64,000 nucleotides of DNA, from contig OZ244052.1 of the NCBI GenBank assembly GCA_965215125.1, forward strand, positions 1,760,001-1,824,000. Direction: 5' to 3'. Below are positions 42,771 to 52,878 of the stretch, one piece after another (the stretch's first letter is position 1; the number at the start of each line of letters is the position of its first letter). Under the pieces are notes generated by a model. That model was not told where the DNA came from, searched no databases, and saw nothing but the letters and a program-made list of their open reading frames with translations. The DNA is from an uncultured candidatus Porisulfidus sp. (GTDB lineage Bacteria; Pseudomonadota; Gammaproteobacteria; Poriferisulfidales; Oxydemutatoraceae). A program made the position numbers and the translations under genes.

Positions 42771-43988
42771 TTAGCGGTGTAATAGTTTAATCGCGAGCTT
42801 TACCTCTTCCAGAGTGTCGTTTGCAATATCACGGACCGCTTCGTTTTCTTCGGCGATTATTTTCTTGACGGTTGCTTTATCGTCTTCGTATTCCTTGGAA
42901 CGTTTGCGTATGGGTTCGGCTTCGGCTTGCACCGCTTCAATCAGTGGTTTTTTACATTCTAAGCAGCCGATACCGGCACTACGGCAACCGTCTTGTACCC
43001 ATTGTCGGGTTTTTTCATCGGAATATATAGTATGCCATTCCCATACCGGACATTTGGTAGGTTCGCCGGGATCTGTGCGCCGCTTTCTCGCCGGGTCGGT
43101 AGGCATAGTGCGTAATTTTTTTTCTATCATTTCGGGGGCTTCTCTTAATGCGATTGTGTTGCCGTAAGATTTAGACATTTTTTGACCGTCGGTACCGGGA
43201 ATTTTAGTTGCTCGAGTGAGTAAAACTTCCGGTTCCGGTAATATCAATTTTGAATGACCGTCTAAATAGCCGTAAAGCCGTTGGCGATCTCCGTAAGAGA
43301 TATTTTGCTGAGAGTCAACGAGTGCGACCGCGGTATCGTGTGCTTTGTCGTCTCCTTTTTCTTGGTGTTTGCGACGTAATTTGAGATAAAGTTCCGCGTT
43401 TTTTGTGCCTAATCGTTGAATTGCGTTTTCAACTTTCTCTTCAAAGTCGTTTTCGCAACCGTAGATATGATTAAAACGGCGAGCAATCTCGCGGGTTAGC
43501 TCTATATGTGCGACTTGATCTTCTCCGACCGGCACATAATTCGCCTTATATATCAAAATATCTGCAGCTTGTAGCAAAGGGTAGCCTAAGAAACCATGGG
43601 TCATCAAGTCCTTGTCGCCGAGTTTGGCTTGCTGGTCTTTATAGCTAGGCACGCGTTCAAGCCAAGACAGCGGGGTAATCATCGAAAGTAGTAGTTGTAA
43701 TTCGGCGTGTTCGGGGACTTGCGATTGTATAAACAACTTTGCATTGCCGGGGCTGATGCCGCACGCTAACCAATCGATGATCATCTGTAATGCGTATTCT
43801 TCTATGTGTTCGGTTTCGTCGTAATGTGTCGTGAGCGCGTGCCAGTCTGCGACAAAAAATAAGCAATCGTGAGTTAGCTGTAGCTCCAGCCAGTTTTTTA
43901 TAACACCGTGATAATGCCCTAGATGCAATGCACCGGTTGGGCGCATGCCGGATACAACTCGTTTAGCTTGTGTAGTCGAGATATTCAC
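42771..43988 (-). CDS. trpS: Tryptophan--tRNA ligase
   Basis: SGMRPTG.LHLGH, GYPLLQAADIL, VPVGEDQ, KMSKS. Confidence 0.97.
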   Translation of the reverse strand: MNISTTQAKRVVSGMRPTGALHLGHYHGVIKNWLELQLTHDCLFFVADWHALTTHYDETEHIEEYALQMIIDWLACGISPGNAKLFIQSQVPEHAELQLLLSMITPLSWLERVPSYKDQQAKLGDKDLMTHGFLGYPLLQAADILIYKANYVPVGEDQVAHIELTREIARRFNHIYGCENDFEEKVENAIQRLGTKNAELYLKLRRKHQEKGDDKAHDTAVALVDSQQNISYGDRQRLYGYLDGHSKLILPEPEVLLTRATKIPGTDGQKMSKSYGNTIALREAPEMIEKKLRTMPTDPARKRRTDPGEPTKCPVWEWHTIYSDEKTRQWVQDGCRSAGIGCLECKKPLIEAVQAEAEPIRKRSKEYEDDKATVKKIIAEENEAVRDIANDTLEEVKLAIKLLHR

Positions 43989-44010
43989 GTAGAATTGCCG
44001 CTCGCGTCAA

Positions 44011-44085
44011 TGGAGCGGGTGAAGGGAATCGAACCCTCCTTACCAGCTTGGGAAGCTGGAGTAATAACCACTATACGACACCCGC
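44011..44085 (-). tRNA. tRNA-Gly(CCC)
   Basis: Minus strand GCGGGTGTCGTATAGTGG...CCAGC-TTCCCAA-GCTGG...GGTTCGATTCCC...CTCCA. Confidence 0.95.
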
Positions 44086-44097
44086 TTTAATCACCGA

Positions 44098-44442
44098 TTA
44101 GATTTTTTCTTTTAGGCGCGCAGCTTTGCCGCTCAATTTTCGCAAATAATACAACTTGGCGCGTCGCACTTTGCCGTAGCGTTTTACTTTTACACTGCTG
44201 ACAAGCGGGCTGTAGGTTTGGAACACTCTCTCTACGCCTTCGCCGTGCGAGTTTTTTCTAACTGTAAAAGAGGAATTGAGGCCGCGGTTGCGTTTTGCGA
44301 TTACCACGCCTTCAAAAGCCTGTAGCCGTTTGCGATTACCCTCTTTGACTTCAACTTGAACAACGACGGTGTCGCCAGCCTGAAAATCGGGCAATTCCTT
44401 ATTGATTTGCTCTGCTTCTAGTTGCTCAATGATGTTGCTCAT
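44098..44442 (-). CDS. rplS: 50S ribosomal protein L19
   Basis: GDTVVV...[30 protein letters not shown]. Confidence 0.98.
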   Translation of the reverse strand: MSNIIEQLEAEQINKELPDFQAGDTVVVQVEVKEGNRKRLQAFEGVVIAKRNRGLNSSFTVRKNSHGEGVERVFQTYSPLVSSVKVKRYGKVRRAKLYYLRKLSGKAARLKEKI

Positions 44443-45200
44443 TTTTTATTTCCTCCTGTTTCGTTATGGTCTTGTTTTGCTAAATAATCGTCTATTATAG
44501 CCTGTTCTTCGTCGTTTAAGGTATATTGCTTAAATAAATCGGGTCGCCTTTGCAAAGTCCTGATTAGCGATTGTTCTAATCGCCAATGCCTTATCGCTTG
44601 ATGATTGCCGCTCAATAAGACACTCGGCACTTGCAAACCTTCAAAATCGGCAGGACGCGTATAATGCGGATAATCCAGAAGTCCGTGCATAAAAGAATCT
44701 TGCTTTGCCGATTCCTGCTCCCCCAACACGCCTTCGTACTGGCGCGCAATTGCATCGATCAATACCATAATTGCCAATTCGCCTCCGCTGATTACATAAT
44801 CTCCGATAGACCACTCTTCGTCCATCTCCAGTTCTATCAGCCGTTCGTCAACACCTTCATAGCGGCCGGCAAGCAACACCAAACCGTCGCATTGAGCCAA
44901 ACGATTGATAGTTTGTTGATCTAGACAACGGCCTTGGGGACTCATATAGATAGTCTTATACGAACCTTTATGTTGTGCTTTAGCGTCACGCAAAGCACAA
45001 CATAAAGGCCGTGCCATCATCACCATACCGGGACCGCCACCGTACGGACGATCGTCTACCGTTGCATGCGCATCGTCGCTATAATCTCTGGGGTTCCAAT
45101 TTTGCAGTTGCAAAGTGCCGTTTTGAATGGCGCGCCCGACTACACCGCTTCGCAATGCTCCGAACATTTCCGGTAAAATTGAGATCGTATCTATCCTCAC
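44439..45200 (-). CDS. trmD: tRNA (guanine-N1)-methyltransferase
   Basis: [42 protein letters not shown]. Confidence 0.97.
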   Translation of the reverse strand: MRIDTISILPEMFGALRSGVVGRAIQNGTLQLQNWNPRDYSDDAHATVDDRPYGGGPGMVMMARPLCCALRDAKAQHKGSYKTIYMSPQGRCLDQQTINRLAQCDGLVLLAGRYEGVDERLIELEMDEEWSIGDYVISGGELAIMVLIDAIARQYEGVLGEQESAKQDSFMHGLLDYPHYTRPADFEGLQVPSVLLSGNHQAIRHWRLEQSLIRTLQRRPDLFKQYTLNDEEQAIIDDYLAKQDHNETGGNKK

Positions 45201-45289
45201 CGCATTACGTTCTTTTGAGAAGTTTCAAATGGTTTTAGTTTATCGCACCGACACCAAGTATTCGGCATGATAAAGTGGGTAATCTGCTG

Positions 45290-45850
45290 TTACTTGCTGT
45301 CAGCTTTTTTATTTGCTTCAGGTGATTCGGGTGCTTGTGTCGGCGTTTCTGCATTGAGTGCGTCGCCGACATCCTCGGGCTTGGCTTCTGCTTCGGATGA
45401 GGCTGCTTGCTTTTCTTCCTTTGTGTTTTCCGGTTTATCTTCTAATTCCAATTTTGCTTGTGTTTCCGGTTTTGATTCCTCCGAAGGTTGTTCAATCTTT
45501 GCAGTCGCTTCCGTTTCTGGAGACGGTTCGCTTTCGGTCGCAGTAGCTTTAGGACTTTTTGTTGTGTCGGCAGCGGTTTTTTGAGCTTTTTCTTTTATAG
45601 CGAATTTCCCTTTTTCCAACTTTGAGACAATGGAAGAAACACGCAGCGATGATTTGGCACCCTTAGAAATCCAATAATCAAATCGATCTCGGTTCAGTAG
45701 CACCGGGATCTCGTCTTTAACGGCAAAAGGATTGAAATAACCGAGTCTCTCCAGATAGCCGCTATCGCGCCGCCGCCTAGAATCGGTTACTACAATATGA
45801 TAAAAAGGATGCTTTTTTGCACCACCTCTAGCAAGTCTTACAACTATCAT
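45290..45850 (-). CDS. rpsP: 30S ribosomal protein S16 with long low-complexity C-terminal extension
   Basis: VRLARGGAKK.PFYHIVV.DSR..RD..Y.ERLGYFNP; about 100 extra E/K/A/P/T/S-rich residues. Confidence 0.95.
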   Translation of the reverse strand: MIVVRLARGGAKKHPFYHIVVTDSRRRRDSGYLERLGYFNPFAVKDEIPVLLNRDRFDYWISKGAKSSLRVSSIVSKLEKGKFAIKEKAQKTAADTTKSPKATATESEPSPETEATAKIEQPSEESKPETQAKLELEDKPENTKEEKQAASSEAEAKPEDVGDALNAETPTQAPESPEANKKADSK

Positions 45851-45914
45851 GTACGTTTCATAGAAAATAAAAGAAGGTTATTCTAATCTATTTTGGGATT
45901 ATATCCAAGGTACT

Positions 45915-46278
45915 ACCGCCACTTGTTGCAGTAGCACAAGTGGCGTGACTTTGTGCAGAACCTTAACATTGGAATGTAGGTCGGACAGCTATGGCTTGTC
46001 CTTACAAGTGCAAAGCGGCAAAAGCGTGCAAATCCGATACTTTTTATAACGGGATGTGTTTAATTTCCGGTCTTTTCACGGAACCGACGACCGCCGATTG
46101 AGCTTGTAGGGGCGGACTCATATGTCCGCCCTAAAGTTTAGTACTTGCACGACTCCAATCGCTTTGCGCCATTTGTTTTTGGTTTCCATAAATTGGATGG
46201 ATGAATGTATTAATTATGCGAGAGCAACGCGTTATGGGAAGAACAGAACCGCCGCTTGTGTTGGCGGGAGGCAAACGA
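45915..46278. repeat. Long mosaic intergenic repeat array including a GTAG-type REP
   Basis: Variant hairpin 45917-45945 plus TGACTTTGTGCAGAACCTTAAC; half hairpin 46090-46110 running into GTAGGGGCGGAC-TCATAT-GTCCGCCCTA (46106-46133); block 46152-46210 shared with 13986-14047. Confidence 0.88.
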
Positions 46279-46280
46279 CA

Positions 46281-47222
46281 TTACTTTGTTTCGGTATCAA
46301 CGGGGTAGGGCATCTCTTCCGTTTGCAATGCGATGGTTTGATCGCCTTGGGTTTTGATATAGAGTCGGGGAGGGGTTAAGGTTTTAACTTGTACGCTGAT
46401 AAGGGCAAGGGAATAGTCGGAGGTTGTCGCGTAACTGTCTACCACCAACCCACAGGCCTCGTCGTAATCGGGATGATAGACGGGGTCTCCGACTTTTATA
46501 GTGTCGCTTGCAACAGAAAATAAATAACAGCGGCGTTTTATCTTTCCTAGATAGTGCGTGCGTGCAATGACTTCTTGCCCGGGATAACATCCTTTGGAGA
46601 AACTCACTGCGTCTATCAGGTCTAGGTTGACCATTTGTGGTGTCAGTTTTTCGATTGTCGGCGTATAGATGTTCGGTATTCCGCAAGCGATACTTGCGTA
46701 GTGCCATGCGTCGTACGAGGCGGGTGCATAGCCGTCATCCAACCCGCGTTGCCATGCCGCTCGTATTCGGTCGGTGCTTGTATAAATGAAATAACGAGGC
46801 AAATGACCCGGTGCTTGCAATATCGTATCGTCGTCCTCTACTCTCGGGGGAATGAAACCGATATAGCCTATGCCGGATAAATCGTTCCCGACATCGGTGA
46901 GTTCAACTTTTGATGTCAATACATACATCTTTAGGCGTTGCATTGTCGGTTCCACCAGCTCGGACGGCATTTGTAGATAGATAGCGTCGTCTCGATAAAA
47001 AACATTAAAACAGGCGAGGATGCGCCCTTTGGGATTACATAGCGAGCACAGCTGAGCGTGTTTCTTGTGCGATTCCAGTTTGCAACTGACTAGTTTGCTT
47101 AAAAATTCCTCTGCTTCCGCTCCGCCGACACGCAACAGACCTAATCGGTCTAAGAGACAAATTGTTTTAGGCAGGTTTTGTAGCCACGAACGGTCGGGTG
47201 TTTTTAATTCGGGATTGTTCAT
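46281..47222 (-). CDS. ygfZ: Folate-binding Fe-S/tRNA-modification protein YgfZ
   Basis: PKGRI, PQMVNL, SFSKGCYPGQEVIAR.HY.G. Confidence 0.93.
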   Translation of the reverse strand: MNNPELKTPDRSWLQNLPKTICLLDRLGLLRVGGAEAEEFLSKLVSCKLESHKKHAQLCSLCNPKGRILACFNVFYRDDAIYLQMPSELVEPTMQRLKMYVLTSKVELTDVGNDLSGIGYIGFIPPRVEDDDTILQAPGHLPRYFIYTSTDRIRAAWQRGLDDGYAPASYDAWHYASIACGIPNIYTPTIEKLTPQMVNLDLIDAVSFSKGCYPGQEVIARTHYLGKIKRRCYLFSVASDTIKVGDPVYHPDYDEACGLVVDSYATTSDYSLALISVQVKTLTPPRLYIKTQGDQTIALQTEEMPYPVDTETK

Positions 47223-47239
47223 TGTGTATCATATTGGTG

Positions 47240-50074
47240 CTAGTTATTGTCCTCTAGCGAGGCGAGTTGAGCATTATATTTTCCTAGTTGCACTTTCATT
47301 GTTTGCAAGGTTGCTTTTTGTTTCCCGACAACATCGGGAGGTGCGTTGTTGATAAAATTCTGATCATTAATTCTCGCTTGTAGTTTTGCTATAGACTGAG
47401 AAATTTTGACACTTTCGTTTTTCAATCGCTTTTGTTCCGCTTCAACATCGATTAATCCTTCTATGGGGATTAGCACTTTGACTTCATTGACGAGCATCGT
47501 CGCACTGGGTGGCGGTTGTGCGGTGTCTTCCAGATATTCTACAGCGGTTATTTTTGCTAAAGCGTTGATGATTTCTCCGTATTGTTCAAAAAGCAAACGA
47601 TCGCGTTCGCTATATCCTTGTATTAGAACCGGCACTTTAATCGCCGGTGAGATATTCATCTCGGAGCGTACTTGGCGTATAGAACTTACATAACTCTGTA
47701 GCAAAGTTATGGTTTGCACCGCCGATTTGTCTTGATAATCCGGTAATTCGGGATAGCTTTGCGTTTGTATACTGTCGCCGGTATCGCCGGTCAATGGTTT
47801 AATCTGATGCCATATTTCTTCGGTGATAAAAGGAATAATCGGGTGTAGTGCTTTGAGTATATGGTTGAGCGTCGTAATCAGGCAAGCGAGGTTGCTTTCT
47901 TTGATTTCGAGTTTCGCATCGCTTGCTTGTATCAGTTTGACTATTTCTAAATACCAATCACAAAAATCGTGCCACACAAACTCGTACAGCAGCGAAGCTA
48001 TTAAATCAAAACGGCAAGTTTTATAGTGTTGCTTAATCTTTTGTAGTGTTCGCACTAGGCGTATTTGTATCCATCGATCCGGTTCCGAGTATTGTTCAAA
48101 ACGATAAGCATCGTTTGTGTTCGGATTCGGCGTTGTGTCTTCACAAAGCATGGTTGTAAATCGCGCTGCGTTCCAGAGTTTGTTGCAGAAATTGCGGTAG
48201 CCTTCCAGACGTTGGGTATCAAACCTAATATCGCGCCCGGTCGATGCCATTGCGGTGAACATAAAGCGCAACGCATCGGTGCCGTACGCCTCGATGCCTT
48301 GCGGGTATTGCTTTTTGGTATCCCGTTCTATCTGACCGGCGAGCTTCGGCTGCATCAAGTTGGCAGTGCGCTTGTTAATCAGTTCATCTAATGAAATACC
48401 TGCTATCAGGTCAATGGGATCTAATATATTGCCTTTGGATTTAGACATCTTTTGCCCTTTGGCATCTCTAACCAGGCCGTGAACATACACTTCTTTGAAA
48501 GGCACCTGTTCGGTGAGTTCTATGCTTGCCATAACCATGCGCGCAACCCAAAAGAAAATAATATCAAAGCCGGTGACCAATATATCGGTCGGGAAATAGT
48601 GTTTGAGTTCGGGATTTTTGTGCGGCCACCCTAAGGTGGAGAACGGCCATAGGGCGGATGAGAACCAAGTATCCAATACATCTTCGTCTTGCTTTAGTGT
48701 CAATCCTGCCTTTAAGTTATAGCGTTTGCGTACATCCGCTTCCGAGTGTCCTACATAGATAGTGCCGCAGTCGTCGTACCAAACCGGAATACGGTGCCCC
48801 CACCAGAGTTGGCGACTGATACACCAATCTTGTATTTGTTCCAGCCATGAGAAATAGGTTTGTTGCCATCGCTCGGGGATAAATCGTATCTTCTTTGTTT
48901 GCACCGCCCTAACGGCAGCTTGTGCCATGCTATCGGTGCGCACAAACCATTGTTCGGTCAACAACGGTTCAATGACACTATGGCTACGATCGCCGCGCGG
49001 TATAGGCATACGATAGTGCTTTACTTGCGAAAGCAAGTTTAGTTCGTCAAGGTCGGCAAGGACTCTAGCACGCCCATCGTAGCGTTCTAATCCTTGGTAG
49101 GCCTCGGGCACCTGGTCGTTCAGATAAGCCCGTTTGTCAAAGATGTTGATCGCATCGAAGTTTTGCTCGTCGCCGGTTTCTATGATATTCGGATCCGAAG
49201 ATCTATGCAGCCCATGTCTTTTGCCTATTTCGTAGTCGTTGAAATCGTGCGCCGGAGTGATTTTCACGCAGCCCGACCCGAACTCCGGGTCTACGTGTGT
49301 ATCGGCGATGATCGGAATCTTGCGCGATGTTAACGGTAGGTTGATGAGGTGCCCGATCAGGTGCCGATAACGTGGATCTTCGGGATTAACGGCAACCGCC
49401 ATATCACCCAGCATGGTTTCCGGGCGGGTGGTAGCAACGATAACATGGTCATTTTTATCTACAGGCTCACTTAGCGGGTATTTTAGATACCAGAGCTTTC
49501 CCGCTTCTTCTTCGGTGACAACTTCTAGGTCGGAAACCGCGGTTTGTAGCACCGGATCCCAGTTAACCAGACGTTTTCCTTTGTAAATTAGACCTCTTTT
49601 GTAAAGAATTATAAAGGCTTCGCGAACCGCATGCGATAGGTTTTCGTCCATCGTAAAACATTCTCTCGACCAGTCGGGTGATGCCCCGAGTCTTCTGAGT
49701 TGTTGAGTGATTTGGTTACCGGATTCGCGTTTCCATTCCCACACCTGTGCGATGAATTCTTCGCGTTTTAATTCGTTACGCTTGATGCCTAGGTTTTCCA
49801 GTCTCCGTTCTACGACCATTTGGGTCGCGATACCGGCGTGGTCGGTGCCGACTTGCCACAGTACGTTTTCGCCCAGCATGCGGTGGTAGCGTACAAGGTT
49901 GTCCATCAGGCTGATTTGGAATGCATGCCCCATATGCAACACACCGGTTACATTGGGCGGTGGTATCATGATGCAGTAGGGTTCACCATCGCCTTGCGGT
50001 TCAAAAACACCGGATACTTCCCATTGTCGATACCGGTGTTGTTCAATTTGTTGTGGGTTATATATTTTTTCCAT
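47240..50074 (-). CDS. valS: Valine--tRNA ligase
   Basis: PPPNVTG.LHMGH, DHAGIATQ, WCISRQLWWGH, KMSKS, C-terminal coiled coil. Confidence 0.98.
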   Translation of the reverse strand: MEKIYNPQQIEQHRYRQWEVSGVFEPQGDGEPYCIMIPPPNVTGVLHMGHAFQISLMDNLVRYHRMLGENVLWQVGTDHAGIATQMVVERRLENLGIKRNELKREEFIAQVWEWKRESGNQITQQLRRLGASPDWSRECFTMDENLSHAVREAFIILYKRGLIYKGKRLVNWDPVLQTAVSDLEVVTEEEAGKLWYLKYPLSEPVDKNDHVIVATTRPETMLGDMAVAVNPEDPRYRHLIGHLINLPLTSRKIPIIADTHVDPEFGSGCVKITPAHDFNDYEIGKRHGLHRSSDPNIIETGDEQNFDAINIFDKRAYLNDQVPEAYQGLERYDGRARVLADLDELNLLSQVKHYRMPIPRGDRSHSVIEPLLTEQWFVRTDSMAQAAVRAVQTKKIRFIPERWQQTYFSWLEQIQDWCISRQLWWGHRIPVWYDDCGTIYVGHSEADVRKRYNLKAGLTLKQDEDVLDTWFSSALWPFSTLGWPHKNPELKHYFPTDILVTGFDIIFFWVARMVMASIELTEQVPFKEVYVHGLVRDAKGQKMSKSKGNILDPIDLIAGISLDELINKRTANLMQPKLAGQIERDTKKQYPQGIEAYGTDALRFMFTAMASTGRDIRFDTQRLEGYRNFCNKLWNAARFTTMLCEDTTPNPNTNDAYRFEQYSEPDRWIQIRLVRTLQKIKQHYKTCRFDLIASLLYEFVWHDFCDWYLEIVKLIQASDAKLEIKESNLACLITTLNHILKALHPIIPFITEEIWHQIKPLTGDTGDSIQTQSYPELPDYQDKSAVQTITLLQSYVSSIRQVRSEMNISPAIKVPVLIQGYSERDRLLFEQYGEIINALAKITAVEYLEDTAQPPPSATMLVNEVKVLIPIEGLIDVEAEQKRLKNESVKISQSIAKLQARINDQNFINNAPPDVVGKQKATLQTMKVQLGKYNAQLASLEDNN

Positions 50075-50088
50075 AGGGTTGTGGATGT

Positions 50089-50222
50089 GGGGCTGTTGAA
50101 AAATAGAACTGTCGATTACTCCGGTAGGTCAATCGGCGTAAAATTGTGCAGAACCACGATGTAAATTACGAAATGTAGGGGCGGACTTATATGTCCGCCC
50201 TACGGTGTATGAAATACTTTTT
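50089..50222. repeat. Mosaic repeat copy with GTAG-type REP between pepA and valS
   Basis: GGGCTGTTGAAAAA, degenerate hairpin ending TCAATCGGCG..TTGTGCAGAACC, GTAGGGGCGGAC-TTATAT-GTCCGCCCTAC at 50175-50203. Confidence 0.85.
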
Positions 50223-50247
50223 TAATCGTGACATCTAAACCCTGAGA

Positions 50248-51732
50248 CTAACCGGATTTGCTATGGGAAATTAAAAATTGGGTAAGTAGCGGCACCGGAC
50301 GACCGGTTGATCCTTTTTTAGCACCGGTGAACCATGCCACACCGGCAACATCCAAATGTGCCCATCGCTGTTCTTTGGTGAAGCGCGATAAAAAGCACGC
50401 TGCGGTAATCGTCCCTGCCCATCGTCCGCCTATGTTTGCCATATCGGCAAAATTGCTATCGATTTGAGGTTGGTATTCGTCCCACAGCGGTAGTTGCCAA
50501 GTAGAATCTCCCGATTCCTTGCCCGCTTCGATTAATTTATCGGCAAGGGCTTGGTCGTTCGCCATCAGGCCGCTTGTTACTTGTCCCAGAGCAACGACAC
50601 AAGCTCCGGTGAGTGTGGCAATATCTATGATACATTCGGGCTTATAGCGTTGCACATAGGTTAAGGCATCGCATAATACCAATCTGCCTTCGGCGTCGGT
50701 ATTCAAAATCTCTACGGTTTGCCCGGACATCGTTTTGACTATGTCGCCGGGTTTGCTCGCCTTGCCGCCCGGCATATTCTCCGCACATGCGAGTACACCG
50801 ACAACATTGATCGGCAAGCCTAAGCGTACGCAAAAAGCCATCGTACCCAAAACACTGCCGGCACCGCTCATATCAAATTTCATCTCGTCCATCGCCGAAC
50901 TCGGCTTAATAGAGATACCGCCGGTGTCAAAAGTGATCCCTTTGCCTACGATAGCGACAGGTGCCTTGCTTTTGGCAGCACCGCGATACTCTATGCAGAC
51001 GATATAGCCGGGCTCGGCACTTCCCTGACTGACCGATAAAAATGCCCCCATTCCCATACGCGCCATATCTTTTTCCTGTAACACACGCAGATGCAGTTTT
51101 TTTGAACTGCGTACCAGCTTTCTCGCTTGTTGCACTATGTAGGCGGGAGTACAGGTATTCGGTGGTAAATTACCCAGCTCACGAGCGAGGTTCATACCGT
51201 GCGCTATAGCATCGGCTTCTTTGACCGCTCGCCTCGTTTCGGTATTTTCCTCGGAGACTTGAAAAGTACAACGTTCTAGGTTGATTTTTTTATTTTTGTC
51301 GGAACTTCGTGTTGCGGTATAGCGATAGCAAGCTCGATGTAATGCGAGTGCCGACTGGCGCAAGCACCATGCGTGGTTAAGACTGCGGCTAGGTATTTCG
51401 GGTAAGCAATATAAAACCGATTTGAGATTAAGTTTAACGATCTGTTCGGCAATACTCGAGGCGATTTGGTTCAAGCGATTTTGATTGAATTTAGCTTTGG
51501 TTCCCAATCCCACTAAAATAATTGTTTTGTGCCGGGTCTGGGGTGCATGCACGACCAGCTGTTTTTTGAACTTCGGCACAAAAGCCGTATGGGCTACGGT
51601 TTTTTTCAGAAAGCCGTCGCTCACCTCGTCTATTTGGGCGTATACTTTGGATTTACTTTTCTCAAAAAGTGGTATAACAGTACATTGACTATATAATTTG
51701 CTAATATCTTTGGAAGTAGTAATAATTTGCAT
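50248..51732 (-). CDS. pepA: Leucyl aminopeptidase
   Basis: VGKGITFDTGG, MKFDMSG, NTDAEGRL, DIATLTGA, WAHLDVAG; start uncertain. Confidence 0.96.
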   Translation of the reverse strand: MQIITTSKDISKLYSQCTVIPLFEKSKSKVYAQIDEVSDGFLKKTVAHTAFVPKFKKQLVVHAPQTRHKTIILVGLGTKAKFNQNRLNQIASSIAEQIVKLNLKSVLYCLPEIPSRSLNHAWCLRQSALALHRACYRYTATRSSDKNKKINLERCTFQVSEENTETRRAVKEADAIAHGMNLARELGNLPPNTCTPAYIVQQARKLVRSSKKLHLRVLQEKDMARMGMGAFLSVSQGSAEPGYIVCIEYRGAAKSKAPVAIVGKGITFDTGGISIKPSSAMDEMKFDMSGAGSVLGTMAFCVRLGLPINVVGVLACAENMPGGKASKPGDIVKTMSGQTVEILNTDAEGRLVLCDALTYVQRYKPECIIDIATLTGACVVALGQVTSGLMANDQALADKLIEAGKESGDSTWQLPLWDEYQPQIDSNFADMANIGGRWAGTITAACFLSRFTKEQRWAHLDVAGVAWFTGAKKGSTGRPVPLLTQFLISHSKSG

Positions 51733-51806
51733 TTTTGACCTCTCTATGTTGATGGACATTCCGACTATTTTACCCGATGACTGCATAGGCTTTGTAGTAA
51801 TTTGCG

Positions 51807-52865
51807 ATGAAAGTTTTTGAATATTATCTATTTCGCAATCTGCTCAAAAGCCTATTTTTGGTCATTTTCATTTTGGTATTGATTATCGGGGGGCGTTTGC
51901 TGATTGAATTGTCGTCTAAAGCCGCGCAGGGTTCTTATCCTGCCGACATCGTATCGGTACTTCTAGCCTTAGGGCTTGCCGATACGATGATTCATTTACT
52001 TCCTTTTTGTGCATTGCTCGCAATTATCCTTGCGCTCGGAAATCTATATCAAAATAACGAAATCTATGCAGCTTATACGATTTGTATTAGCAAGTCCGAT
52101 ATCTATCGGGTATTGCTACGGTTCGTAGTGCCGCTGAGCGCATTACTGTTTTATCTGGTACTTGAGATAGTGCCTATTATACAGCAACATATTGATTTCA
52201 TTAAACAGGAGGCTCACCAACGAACCGATTTAAGTGTAGTCAAGGATGGTTCTATAAGCCGTATAGATCAAGGTGTGCTGTTTGTAGAACAAGTACGAAA
52301 TAACGAGCTTAAGGGTGTATTCGTTGCGCTCGAAGACGAGGAACAACTGACTATAACAACGGCGGAGCAGGGAAAGCAGACCCGGGATAAAACGGGGGTT
52401 AAGCAGTTATATTTGGAAAGCGGCGATTTTTATAGGAGCTATGCGAGTACCGCTCATGAAGTTTCTTTTTATACCGTTGATTATAAAAGCCACCGCATAC
52501 AACTGCCCGAGCAAGAAATACGGCCGAGAAATTATAATCCCGAGAGTTTTGATTTTTTGACGCTTTGGCATGCGGATAGTTTGGAAGCACAAGCCGAATT
52601 GCAAATGCGCCTATCAATACCTCTGGTGCTACTGGTGTTGCTACCGTTTGTGGAATGGTTGAGCCGTTCTTCGCCCAAGCGTTATAGACAACAAGCCAAA
52701 CTCGCACTGGGTATCGTCGTGTTCTTGGTTTATTCGAATTTGGCAATATTGATGAGTAGCTTTATAGAAAGCGGACAGTTGCCGACGGCAATCGGCGTTT
52801 GGCCCTTACACCTTATGGTATTTCTTGTTGCCGTTGTCTTGGCAGCGCGGCGAGATGTTTATTGA
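51807..52865 (+). CDS. lptF: LPS export ABC transporter permease LptF
   Basis: Divergent from pepA, 3+3 TM layout, NEIYA, AELQ.RLS.P. Confidence 0.85.
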   Translation: MKVFEYYLFRNLLKSLFLVIFILVLIIGGRLLIELSSKAAQGSYPADIVSVLLALGLADTMIHLLPFCALLAIILALGNLYQNNEIYAAYTICISKSDIYRVLLRFVVPLSALLFYLVLEIVPIIQQHIDFIKQEAHQRTDLSVVKDGSISRIDQGVLFVEQVRNNELKGVFVALEDEEQLTITTAEQGKQTRDKTGVKQLYLESGDFYRSYASTAHEVSFYTVDYKSHRIQLPEQEIRPRNYNPESFDFLTLWHADSLEAQAELQMRLSIPLVLLVLLPFVEWLSRSSPKRYRQQAKLALGIVVFLVYSNLAILMSSFIESGQLPTAIGVWPLHLMVFLVAVVLAARRDVY

Positions 52866-52878
52866 TGTGATGCATGCC

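Noticed and set aside
44011-44085. tRNA-Gly as an island integration site
   Set aside because: It is flanked directly by rplS and trpS, with no integrase or duplicated 3' end seen.
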